From the IMG/VR virus record IMGVR_UViG_3300032323_003820, positions 30,521 to 94,520 of that record: 64,000 nucleotides of DNA. One strand, given 5' to 3'. The notes under the pieces were generated by a model. It was not told the origin of the DNA. It did not search any database and saw only the letters and a program-made list of their open reading frames with translations. This stretch comes from a virus. Below, in pieces: positions 20,875-29,594 of this stretch; position 1 is the first letter of the stretch; each line of letters starts with the position of its first letter. The translations under genes were made by a program, and so were the position numbers.

Positions 20875-22500
20875 TTATGCAAGATTGGACGAACCTAACT
20901 TAGATTTCGATAAGACCATGTCACTTATGTTGGATACAGATGAAACAATACTTCTCAATTTGGGTTCATATTCACCCGAAGCATATCTATTTCCATTAAC
21001 ATTTACGAAGTTTCTGAGTAAGTCACCCGCTCTTTTTCCACCAGTCAAATATCTTCTAACCATCAAATCATAATAAGCACAAACACCTTCCTGAACTGTC
21101 GAAAAATATTTGTTTTTTCCTGAGTCGGTGTTTCCAACATTGAATGGATTTTTAGTTCTTCTTGGTCTAACAGTTTGATTTTTCGACAATCCTCCCTCTA
21201 ACGCTAATTGAGCCAATGCTAATTCAGGCGGTACGTATCCTTGTGAAAAGTATCTTTTAGAACATTCGGCCATCATTTGTCCGTCAACACCAGCATTAGG
21301 ATTTCGTTTATCAATAAAGTTTTGACAAATCTCAGCATAAAGTTTGAAAGCCTCAGGGTCGTTCATGTCCAAATAAGTGAAATTACCATCCTTACCGAAT
21401 TCACCAGTAAATTTATTTAATTTAGAATCTGAAAATTTGTTCAAGACTAATAAAGCTAAAAGATGTTTCAAATCGTTAGTTTTCATTACTCCATCTTTCA
21501 GAAGTTTCGAAGACTCTTGAAATTTTTCAATTGCCGACTTTGTTTCGGAACCAAGTTTTCCATCGATACCCCATTTTGGTAATTTAAAATTTAAAAATTC
21601 TAGCCCATCTTGAATTATTCTAACGTCATCATCAAATGGGATTTTCATTCCTGGAGTGTATTCAAAGGTTTTCTTATTATCTACCAACTCCTTTAATTTC
21701 TTTAAAAAAACTGAGTTTTCAATAATGTCAATAACCTCTTTATTTTCCTTTTTCATGTCTTGTTCATTCAAATGTTGTTCAACAGATAATTCTTTATCTT
21801 TAAGTTGATTAACCTTATCAAAAAGTTTTTCAATATGTTTTGACCTTCTCAAAAACTTGAAAACTAAATTTTCATATGACAATTCGCCACCTTTTTCTAA
21901 TCCACACTTTCTATATTCCTTGAGTTTTTCTTTGATAGTTTCCAATTTTTCAACACCATCAGTTTCAGAATCTTCAATTGCAGTTTCTATTTTTTCTACC
22001 CAGTTATCTATTTTATTTACCAAAACATTCTTGTCAATTTTTTTAAAATCTTTCTTTGGAACATTAATCCACTCATCATTCGCAACAGAATAAACTGCAC
22101 TACTCACATGGGATTCTTCTTTATCTTGAGCATATAGTTCAACATCATATCCTAATATTTTAATATCGTGAGAATCGTTGAATATTCTCTTTTTCAAATC
22201 ATATAATTCTTTATATGTTTCCGATTCTTTCTCGTATTGTTGTAAATCTATTAAGATGTGTAAATCAAAGTCCGAAAAATTAGACCAGTTATAGTTTGCC
22301 AATGAACCAGTCAATATAATATCTTCAACCATTACATCCTCGCCCAAATAATCAATAAATTCTTCGGCAATTCTTTCCAAAGCCTTTCTGACTTTAGGTT
22401 TCATTTTTGCATCCTTTGGGTCATTGTAGTTATCCCATATCTTTGGATTCAAAGTCTCTTGGAGAGAGAAACTTTTCAATATTTCTGTAAATTTTCCCAT
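20875..22500 (-). CDS. Pol-beta-type nucleotidyltransferase domain fused to peptidoglycan-binding and glucosaminidase/lysozyme-like domains
   Basis: LTGSLANYNW..SDFDLH; GIDGKLGSETKSAIEKFQ; LALAQLALEGG..NPFNVG..YAS. Confidence 0.65.
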   Translation of the reverse strand: MGKFTEILKSFSLQETLNPKIWDNYNDPKDAKMKPKVRKALERIAEEFIDYLGEDVMVEDIILTGSLANYNWSNFSDFDLHILIDLQQYEKESETYKELYDLKKRIFNDSHDIKILGYDVELYAQDKEESHVSSAVYSVANDEWINVPKKDFKKIDKNVLVNKIDNWVEKIETAIEDSETDGVEKLETIKEKLKEYRKCGLEKGGELSYENLVFKFLRRSKHIEKLFDKVNQLKDKELSVEQHLNEQDMKKENKEVIDIIENSVFLKKLKELVDNKKTFEYTPGMKIPFDDDVRIIQDGLEFLNFKLPKWGIDGKLGSETKSAIEKFQESSKLLKDGVMKTNDLKHLLALLVLNKFSDSKLNKFTGEFGKDGNFTYLDMNDPEAFKLYAEICQNFIDKRNPNAGVDGQMMAECSKRYFSQGYVPPELALAQLALEGGLSKNQTVRPRRTKNPFNVGNTDSGKNKYFSTVQEGVCAYYDLMVRRYLTGGKRAGDLLRNFVNVNGNRYASGEYEPKLRSIVSSVSNISDMVLSKSKLGSSNLA

Positions 22501-22521
22501 ACCAAATAAATAGGCGAATTA

Positions 22522-22764
22522 TTATAGTTTTTTATATTTGTGGTTCTTTGCAATTTCTGAAACGAAAAATTTACCCTGTGATTCTGCCATTCTAAATTGT
22601 GTGTATAACTTATGTGGTACTTCATCATACTCATACTTAAGACCATTATTAAACTCCACAATCAGTTTTTTTGTTTCAGTATCGTATTCTGTTTTTTTGA
22701 TGTTGGATGATTTAATTTCATTTATAATTTTTGTCCCAACAATTTCTTCTTTAATAACTCCCAT
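22522..22764 (-). CDS. KTSC domain protein
   Basis: SSNIKKTEYD..LIVEFNNG..YEY..VP..AESQGKFF. Confidence 0.88.
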   Translation of the reverse strand: MGVIKEEIVGTKIINEIKSSNIKKTEYDTETKKLIVEFNNGLKYEYDEVPHKLYTQFRMAESQGKFFVSEIAKNHKYKKL

Positions 22765-22821
22765 AATATTTTTTTTAAATCTATTAATTAATCATATTAA
22801 GTATATCTAATAATTATTATC

Positions 22822-23370
22822 ATGGAACTAGAAGAAATTGGTAGGGAGAAACAACCATTTGGTCAAGGTATCGAGCACCAAATATTCTCATCACCTAACA
22901 AACCTGATGTCATTTTTAAGGTTGGGGAGTGGGATGTTATTAATGAATGGTATGATGTATTCAAATCTGACCCTAATATTTTTCCAACAGTTTATAAACT
23001 CGGTAGATTACCAAATAAACAATATTATTACGTAGAGTTAGAAAAGTTGGATACTGAAAAGTTCGAAGATAATTGGGACGATTTGGAACTTGATTTGGAA
23101 GAATTGGGTATATTAGATGTCGATAGAGGAGAAAGTTTCACTGATTTATACACTCATGAAGGTTCTTCTGCGTCAGTTTTCGCTGAGATTGGTAAGAAAC
23201 TATCAAAACACAACCCTGAATTATACAAATTTTATATTGAGTTATTAACTGTAATAAAAAAAGCGGAAAAGGCTCAGAATAAAATTCTCAAAAAGGATAC
23301 TTTAGTAGATGCTCACAAATATAATTTCGGTTATTCCAAAGACGGAAAACTTAAATGTTTAGACATATAA
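22822..23370 (+). CDS. Minimal protein-kinase-like enzyme
   Basis: FGQG loop, VIFK lysine, MEKL-like LEKL hinge, DAHKYN catalytic loop, terminal CLDI. Confidence 0.6.
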   Translation: MELEEIGREKQPFGQGIEHQIFSSPNKPDVIFKVGEWDVINEWYDVFKSDPNIFPTVYKLGRLPNKQYYYVELEKLDTEKFEDNWDDLELDLEELGILDVDRGESFTDLYTHEGSSASVFAEIGKKLSKHNPELYKFYIELLTVIKKAEKAQNKILKKDTLVDAHKYNFGYSKDGKLKCLDI

Positions 23371-23394
23371 AAACCCTCCACATTGGAGGGTTTT
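23369..23394. terminator. Bidirectional terminator between convergent genes
   Basis: AAAACCCTCCA/TGGAGGGTTTT. Confidence 0.75.
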
Positions 23395-23397
23395 AAT

Positions 23398-23817
23398 TTA
23401 GATGATGTTAATCTTATTTTTTCTTTTTTCAGTGTCCTTGTTATATTTCGGAATATAAACCGTAAGGATACCGTCAGAGATTGTTGCTTCAATTGTTGAA
23501 GAGTTGTATGTGTTATTCAGTTTAACTCTTTTACTTATTGTTTTTTGTTTTTCAACCCCGTTAACTTTATATTTTCTTAGACCTTCCAACACTAATTCAG
23601 AACCCTCTACAGTAATTTCTAAATTTTCTTTGTTGAAACCTGGTACTTCAAAATGAAGATACGCTCCGTCTTTTACGTGATTTATTTCATAATCCTCATC
23701 TTTTACATACTCTGTCTGCTCGTCAACTGGAACTAAACGATAGGTACTTGAGTAATAAGTTGATGGAGAATTGAAGAACTTGTCAAACAATTTGTTAAAA
23801 TCATTTCCGTAAATCAT
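23398..23817 (-). CDS. Small heat shock protein (Hsp20)
   Basis: EVPGFNKENLEI..IEATISDGILTVYIPK..KINI. Confidence 0.92.
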   Translation of the reverse strand: MIYGNDFNKLFDKFFNSPSTYYSSTYRLVPVDEQTEYVKDEDYEINHVKDGAYLHFEVPGFNKENLEITVEGSELVLEGLRKYKVNGVEKQKTISKRVKLNNTYNSSTIEATISDGILTVYIPKYNKDTEKRKNKINII

Positions 23818-23858
23818 AGTTTTTAATTTTTTTAAATTTATTTATTTTTCCTGATATA

Positions 23859-23930
23859 TTCAAACAGCATACCAACTCATTCTATATGACATAGTGTCTT
23901 ATTTATTTTTTATTTAATGACAAGTTGTCT
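23859..23930 (-). promoter_or_regulatory. Sigma54-like promoter plus two TGACAnnnTGTCT boxes upstream of Hsp20
   Basis: Minus strand TTGGTATGCTGTTTGAA (23875-23859); boxes at 23887-23899 and 23918-23930. Confidence 0.5.
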
Positions 23931-24026
23931 GTTTAATATTTTTCATCCTGTTTATTTGTCAATAAATTTGTTTGTGTCCGATAATTGATGGATATTTGTA
24001 AAAATTAAACATAAAATCTAAAAATT

Positions 24027-26033
24027 ATGAATGAATTAATGGATGATGACGATAAGCAAACGAGTAAGAAAAAGAATACAGATAGTTCTACTCCCGTTTT
24101 AGATAATTTCAGTCGAGACTTAATCAAACTTGCTGAAATGGGTAAACTCGACCCTGTTATTGGTCGAGAAAAAGAAATTTTGAGAATTGCCCAAATTCTT
24201 TCGAGAAGAAAGAAAAATAATCCTGTAATAATTGGAGAACCTGGTTGTGGTAAAACCGCTATCGTAGAAGGATTGGCCATTAAGATTTATAATGGTGAGT
24301 GTCCGAGAAATTTAGTCGATAAAAGGATAGTCGCTTTAGACCTAACTTCAGTTGTTGCTGGTACAAAGTATCGTGGACAATTCGAAGAAAGGATGAAAGT
24401 CATCATGGAAGAACTACAGCAAAACCCTAACATTATTGTATTCATCGATGAAATACATACGTTGGTTGGTTCAGGAAATGCTGCAGGGTCGATGGATGGT
24501 TCAAATATATTCAAACCCGCATTAGCTCGTGGTGAACTCCAATGCATTGGAGCAACAACTTCTGATGAGTTCCGTAAATCATTCGAAAAAGATGGAGCAT
24601 TGGAAAGAAGATTTCAGAAAGTTGTGGTTGACTCTGCAACAGTTGCTGAAACTATAGAAATATTGAAAAACGTTCGTGATAAGTATGAAACTTTCCATAA
24701 AGTGACCTACACCGATGAAATAATTGAAACTTGTGTGAAACTTGCAGACAAGTATATTACAGACAGAGAGTTTCCTGATAAAGCTTTCGACATCTTGGAT
24801 GAAGTTGGAGCTAGGATGCAAACTGAACTCAAGGTTCCTGAAGTTATTGATGATTTGAAGAAAAAAGCTGCGGAACTCAGACAAATGAAGATGGACGTGG
24901 TTAAAAAACAAAACTACGAACAAGCCGCGGAACTGAGGGATAAAGAAAAGAAACTTATCACAAAACTCGAAAGTGAAAAGAAGAAGTTCGAGGAACAACT
25001 TCAAAAAGAAAAACAACCAATCACTTTAGAAGATGTTTATGATGTTGTTTCCACAATAACCAAAATCCCTGTTTCTAAAATGTCCGTGGACGATGTCAAA
25101 ACTCTTGTCAACTTGGATAAAGAACTTGTGGGTAAAGTTATTGGTCAAGACGATGCTGTTCTCAAAATTGTTAAATCAATCAAGAGAAACAGACTCGGAA
25201 TCAAAGACCCGAATAGACCTATTGGAACATTTGTATTTTTGGGCTCTACTGGTGTCGGTAAGACCTATTTGGCAAAACAACTCGCTAAAGAAATGTTTGG
25301 TAGTGAGGAATCTCTGATTAGGGTTGATATGAGTGAATACCAAGAGAAACACACTATTTCAAAATTGGTAGGTGCTCCTCCCGGATATGTTGGATATGAT
25401 GAAGGTGGTCAACTCACTGAGAAGGTGAAAAATAAACCTTACGCAGTAATACTTTTCGATGAGGTAGAAAAAGCTCATAAAGACATTTTCTCAATCCTCC
25501 TTCAAATCATGGATGATGGTTATGTTACCGATAGTTTGGGACGTAAGATTAATTTTAAAAATACCCTCATCATCCTCACATCAAATTTGGGTGTAAAGAA
25601 ATTTCAAGAATTTGGTGCAGGTATCGGGTTTGGAACTAACTCATATTCAAATGAGGAAGCGAAGAAACAAATCTTGATGAAAGAAATGAAAAATTTCTTC
25701 TCACCGGAATTTCTCAACAGAATAGATGATACCATTATGTTTAATACTCTATCTGAGGAAGATATCAAGAAAATAACCCGCATAGAGTTAGACAAATTGG
25801 TCAATAGATTGTCGGAAATGAAATACAAAATCAAATACAACGAGTCCGTGGTTGAGTATATAGCAAAAATTGGTTACGATAGTACCTATGGTGCTCGTCC
25901 AATGAAAAGAGCAATTCAGGATAAAGTTGAAGACTTTTTATCTGAAGAAGTTCTTCTTGGTAAACTTAAAGAGAACACACAGTATGTTCTCAAAGTAGAA
26001 GAAGAAACGGTTAAGATTACAAAGGGTAAGTAG
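24027..26033 (+). CDS. clpC: ClpC-type AAA+ chaperone lacking the N-terminal repeat domain
   Basis: Two Walker A motifs (GEPGCGKT, GSTGVGKT), UVR-like coiled coil (YEQAAELRD), GIGF ClpP-docking loop. Confidence 0.88.
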   Translation: MNELMDDDDKQTSKKKNTDSSTPVLDNFSRDLIKLAEMGKLDPVIGREKEILRIAQILSRRKKNNPVIIGEPGCGKTAIVEGLAIKIYNGECPRNLVDKRIVALDLTSVVAGTKYRGQFEERMKVIMEELQQNPNIIVFIDEIHTLVGSGNAAGSMDGSNIFKPALARGELQCIGATTSDEFRKSFEKDGALERRFQKVVVDSATVAETIEILKNVRDKYETFHKVTYTDEIIETCVKLADKYITDREFPDKAFDILDEVGARMQTELKVPEVIDDLKKKAAELRQMKMDVVKKQNYEQAAELRDKEKKLITKLESEKKKFEEQLQKEKQPITLEDVYDVVSTITKIPVSKMSVDDVKTLVNLDKELVGKVIGQDDAVLKIVKSIKRNRLGIKDPNRPIGTFVFLGSTGVGKTYLAKQLAKEMFGSEESLIRVDMSEYQEKHTISKLVGAPPGYVGYDEGGQLTEKVKNKPYAVILFDEVEKAHKDIFSILLQIMDDGYVTDSLGRKINFKNTLIILTSNLGVKKFQEFGAGIGFGTNSYSNEEAKKQILMKEMKNFFSPEFLNRIDDTIMFNTLSEEDIKKITRIELDKLVNRLSEMKYKIKYNESVVEYIAKIGYDSTYGARPMKRAIQDKVEDFLSEEVLLGKLKENTQYVLKVEEETVKITKGK

Positions 26034-26063
26034 AAAAAGGAGGATTAAATCCTCCTTTTTTTT
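26034..26063 (+). terminator. Intrinsic terminator
   Basis: GGAGGATT/AATCCTCC plus T-tract. Confidence 0.75.
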
Positions 26064-26077
26064 ATATTTATCATAGA

Positions 26078-26728
26078 ATGAAAACAAACCTCAGAAAAAT
26101 TATAAGGGAAGAACTTACGGTTTTGTCAAACTTTGATAAACTCATCAACTCTTTTAGAAGTGATTTCCCTCAAGACCTTCAAAATAAAGTTGACGGCATA
26201 TCCTTATATGTAAAAAACTATGTCAGAGAGAATGGGTTCAATATAAAATTTCTTAATAGTTGCAGGACGGGATTCAAAGGAGTTAGAACTAATAATTTCA
26301 TAATAATTTGTTCACCAATGCAAATTGAAAACATTGGTGATTTTCTTTATACCATTTTTCATGAAATAAGACACGAAGAACAAATGGGTAAACTAAAAAT
26401 TGATAACCCTTTAACAGGACAATTGGAAGATTTTGAAAAATTATTCGAAGATTATTGGAAATTAGAGTTGGATGCAGATGAATTTGCTAAGAAAAAAATA
26501 TCAGAACTTGTTTTAAAATTTGGTATACCAATCGGCACAGCTAAACAAAATTTCAGACTATCTCCTTATGTCGAAAATTACCCAAGTACTTCCAAAATGG
26601 TGAAAAACTATATGAAAACGATAGTTGACGATATTAAGAATATGAGAAAATCAGGGATGGAATACAATGATATTGCTGACCATCCTGTTGTCAAAAATCA
26701 CTTGGAAAAATTAGAAGATTTCTTTTAA
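26078..26728 (+). CDS. HExxH zincin-like protein with leader peptide
   Basis: TIFHEIRHEEQ plus downstream ELDADEFA; MKTNLRKIIREE leader; TATTTAT at 26065-26071. Confidence 0.6.
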   Translation: MKTNLRKIIREELTVLSNFDKLINSFRSDFPQDLQNKVDGISLYVKNYVRENGFNIKFLNSCRTGFKGVRTNNFIIICSPMQIENIGDFLYTIFHEIRHEEQMGKLKIDNPLTGQLEDFEKLFEDYWKLELDADEFAKKKISELVLKFGIPIGTAKQNFRLSPYVENYPSTSKMVKNYMKTIVDDIKNMRKSGMEYNDIADHPVVKNHLEKLEDFF

Positions 26729-27567
26729 TCCCAAAGAGAGTAATTTTTCGAAGTATCTTTTTTCTCTTTGTAATGTAAATTGTAACCCAACAATTCTATC
26801 ATTTTCTTACCAATCTCAATTCCATTATATACGTCTTCTATTACAACATATTCATTTCTGGTGTGATAGTTGTAATATCCTATTGAAAAATTGATACAAG
26901 AAAAATCAAAAGACTTTCTCAAAGCATAAACATCTGTATATGGGTGAACCATGTATTCCATAAAGTTTCGATTCATAGATTCTGTAAGAACCTTATCACA
27001 AACTTTGAAAAAATCAGAATCTCTGTCAAATAGAACTTGTCCAAAACATTTTTCTGTGACCATCCAATTTTCAGGAGCATCGAACTGAATTGCATAGCCT
27101 ACGTTAGCAAAAAATCCTGTGTTTGCTTTCAATGAACCATGACACCCTGTTTCTTCGGAAACGAAAAATGCCGCTTTCAAATTCGGTAATTCTTTCAATA
27201 GAGTGAGACATGCAAAAACACCACACTTATCGTCTCCACCAATTCCTGTTGGTTTACCATTACCATCTAATGCAAATAGAGAACTTTTTAATTCATCCTG
27301 AGCATTTGGAAGTTCAGATTCTTGAATGAAAATTTCATTTATCTCGTGTACGGTATCAGTGTGGGAGACCACGCAAGGATAGAAAAAATTTTCATCCTTC
27401 ACGATGTTATCTGTCTTTGTTGCATAAACGTTTTTGTATGCGTCAACAAAAAATTCTATATTGTTTTCGGTCAACCAAGTCGTCAAGTATTCAACCATTC
27501 TATCTTCTTTATAAGTTTTGGTGGGAACACTCAAAACTTCTTTAAGAAGTTGTAAATTATAGCTCAT
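26725..27567 (-). CDS. M20/M28 family metallopeptidase
   Basis: SHTDTV, GGDDKCG, SEETG, QFD, YYNYH; TATCTTTG at 27582-27589 implies start at 27567. Confidence 0.8.
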   Translation of the reverse strand: MSYNLQLLKEVLSVPTKTYKEDRMVEYLTTWLTENNIEFFVDAYKNVYATKTDNIVKDENFFYPCVVSHTDTVHEINEIFIQESELPNAQDELKSSLFALDGNGKPTGIGGDDKCGVFACLTLLKELPNLKAAFFVSEETGCHGSLKANTGFFANVGYAIQFDAPENWMVTEKCFGQVLFDRDSDFFKVCDKVLTESMNRNFMEYMVHPYTDVYALRKSFDFSCINFSIGYYNYHTRNEYVVIEDVYNGIEIGKKMIELLGYNLHYKEKKDTSKNYSLWD

Positions 27568-27601
27568 ATCTAATATTTTCACAAAGATATGAAAAAAATT
27601 T

Positions 27602-28963
27602 TTATTTTTCGTCTAAAATGTTGAAAAGTTCTGGTTGATTTAAAAATAAATTGAAATGTTGTTCGTCGAACTCATGTATTTTGTTACGGTCGTATCTACC
27701 GTCTTTGTCCTTTGTAAGAATCTGAACTTGTATTTTACCTGTAGAAGTATCAATTCCAAGAACCTGAAAAAATAAATTGGGGTCTTTAGGTGTTTTATGG
27801 ACTTTACGAAAATCGTACTTGTTTTTGATTTTCCAATATAACTCATAAATTCTTTTATAGTCTTCTCCTTCTTGCTCCATTTTTTCGATAATTGTATCCA
27901 AAGTATCTCCCCATTTTCTATTCAATTGTTCCATATCTAACAACCTACTGTTTTCGTAATCATATTGGTTATCATACCAACCACCCAAATTACCTTTTTT
28001 ATTTTCAAAATAATCTTCAAGTAATTGTTTTAAAGTTGCTCGACTATCACCCACTTCAGAATACATTTTCAAAATTTCTGAAATTGGTAATTTCACTATT
28101 TCGCGTACTAAATCTACATCCAATCCAACACTTTTGAAATACTCAATAAGTTCCTCATTTACCTGTTCGTAAGCCGTATCATTCATTTGCTCATTTACCG
28201 CATCTGTCCACACAGATATAATGTCATCCATGTATCTAGCAAACTCATCATATAATATTCTGAAAATTTGTCGAAAATACCCTTCTGACTTTTCATATTT
28301 AATATTGGGCATCAAGAAAGAAGAAATGTATTCTAATTTTTTTTCATTTTCTTCATCAAAATGCCAGAATGGGCCATAACCTTCTTTCATATCCTCGTAG
28401 TCTGAATCATAAGTTCTAAATTCCCACCTACGACTGGATACCCAATTGTAAAAAGAAACGTCATCCTCACCCAACCCGATTTTTTCTAAAAATTCATCGA
28501 AGTCATTAAAGTCCAAAGAGATTTTTGGTTCTTCATCATCGTTGTTTACCACACGAAGTATTAAAGAGTCAGCATTTTCTAACGTCCTTGCAGTAATTTC
28601 ACCTCTCATGAAACTTCTAAGTTGATTGAAAAAGTTCGACCCTAAAAGTTTTTTGGTCATTTGTTCGTCTACTCCAAAATAGTCTTTCAAATTTTTCTGA
28701 ACATCATCTAATGAAACTTCATTCTCGTTAGAATCTAAAATATCGTTATTGATTAGTCTTCTAAATGACTCTACTCTACCATTGATTTTATCTATGAAAA
28801 TGTATGTTACTGTACCTTTATCATTGAACCTTTCGGACATATAACGGTTTCCACAAAAATAATGGTTTTTATCATAATGACAGAGTGCGTCCATGGTTAA
28901 AGGTCTAACAATTGTTAAATCATCCTCGTCCAATATCACTTTAATTTGGTCTTCCATACTCAT
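27602..28963 (-). CDS. Hypothetical late protein; N-domain resembles that in 38615..40120
   Basis: ILDEDDLTIVRPLTMDALCHY; TATTTAT at 28970-28976. Confidence 0.55.
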   Translation of the reverse strand: MSMEDQIKVILDEDDLTIVRPLTMDALCHYDKNHYFCGNRYMSERFNDKGTVTYIFIDKINGRVESFRRLINNDILDSNENEVSLDDVQKNLKDYFGVDEQMTKKLLGSNFFNQLRSFMRGEITARTLENADSLILRVVNNDDEEPKISLDFNDFDEFLEKIGLGEDDVSFYNWVSSRRWEFRTYDSDYEDMKEGYGPFWHFDEENEKKLEYISSFLMPNIKYEKSEGYFRQIFRILYDEFARYMDDIISVWTDAVNEQMNDTAYEQVNEELIEYFKSVGLDVDLVREIVKLPISEILKMYSEVGDSRATLKQLLEDYFENKKGNLGGWYDNQYDYENSRLLDMEQLNRKWGDTLDTIIEKMEQEGEDYKRIYELYWKIKNKYDFRKVHKTPKDPNLFFQVLGIDTSTGKIQVQILTKDKDGRYDRNKIHEFDEQHFNLFLNQPELFNILDEK

Positions 28964-28982
28964 AATGATATAAATATTTTTG

Positions 28983-29014
28983 TTTGGTGAATAATATATT
29001 TATTCTTACCTTTG
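28983..29014 (+). promoter_or_regulatory. Bacteroidota housekeeping-type promoter for tmRNA
   Basis: TTTG (28983-28986), 20-nt spacer, TACCTTTG (29007-29014). Confidence 0.75.
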
Positions 29015-29033
29015 TAAGGTTCTTTGAAAATAT

Positions 29034-29456
29034 GGGGAAGACATGGAATCGACTGCAATATGTAGGTACAAGTGGCATGTCGGAGCTGAATTAACTCCGT
29101 AAAAACTGATTTAAAAAACAAATGGCAATACTTTTGCTAAGATGTCTGCTCTCGGTTTGATGAGAGAAGCGTCTGTTGTTGCTGCGTAATCGTAGAGAAC
29201 AACACTCGGGTCGGTAAGGACATACACCTAGGAACAGAAGTCCATGAGGTCTAACAAATACCGCGTGATTCAGTTCAGGAAATTTGTTTGGTGGTGTTTT
29301 CGGTTCAAGCCAACTTAATAGGAACCGACCACAGTTGTTAGTTCTAATGGAAAAATAAGAACTATCTATTTGTTGATTGAGAACTAATCAAATAAACATG
29401 TAGTCATTTGTGGTTGCTATTGCAAGACGAGGGTTCGAGTCCCTCCTTCTCCACCA
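29034..29456 (+). ncRNA. ssrA: tmRNA; predicted tag (A)GNTFAKMSALGLMREASVVAA at 29124-29189
   Basis: GGGGAAG/CTTCTCC acceptor with G3-U, 5' GGAATCGAC, T-arm GAGGGTTCGAGTCCCTC, ACCA end, internal frame ending Ala-Ala-stop. Confidence 0.93.
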
Positions 29457-29486
29457 ACAGTTTTAAAAAATGAGTTTGGAAAACTT

Positions 29487-29520
29487 AAAACCCCGTTGAC
29501 AAATAGTCTCGGGGTTTTTT
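29487..29520 (+). terminator. Terminator after tmRNA
   Basis: AAAACCCCG..CGGGGTTTTTT. Confidence 0.75.
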
Positions 29521-29594
29521 GTTAGCCCAAACTTAACACAAAAAATGAGGTCATTTAACTTTAATTTTCTAATTATTGGTTTCAACAAAAAATT

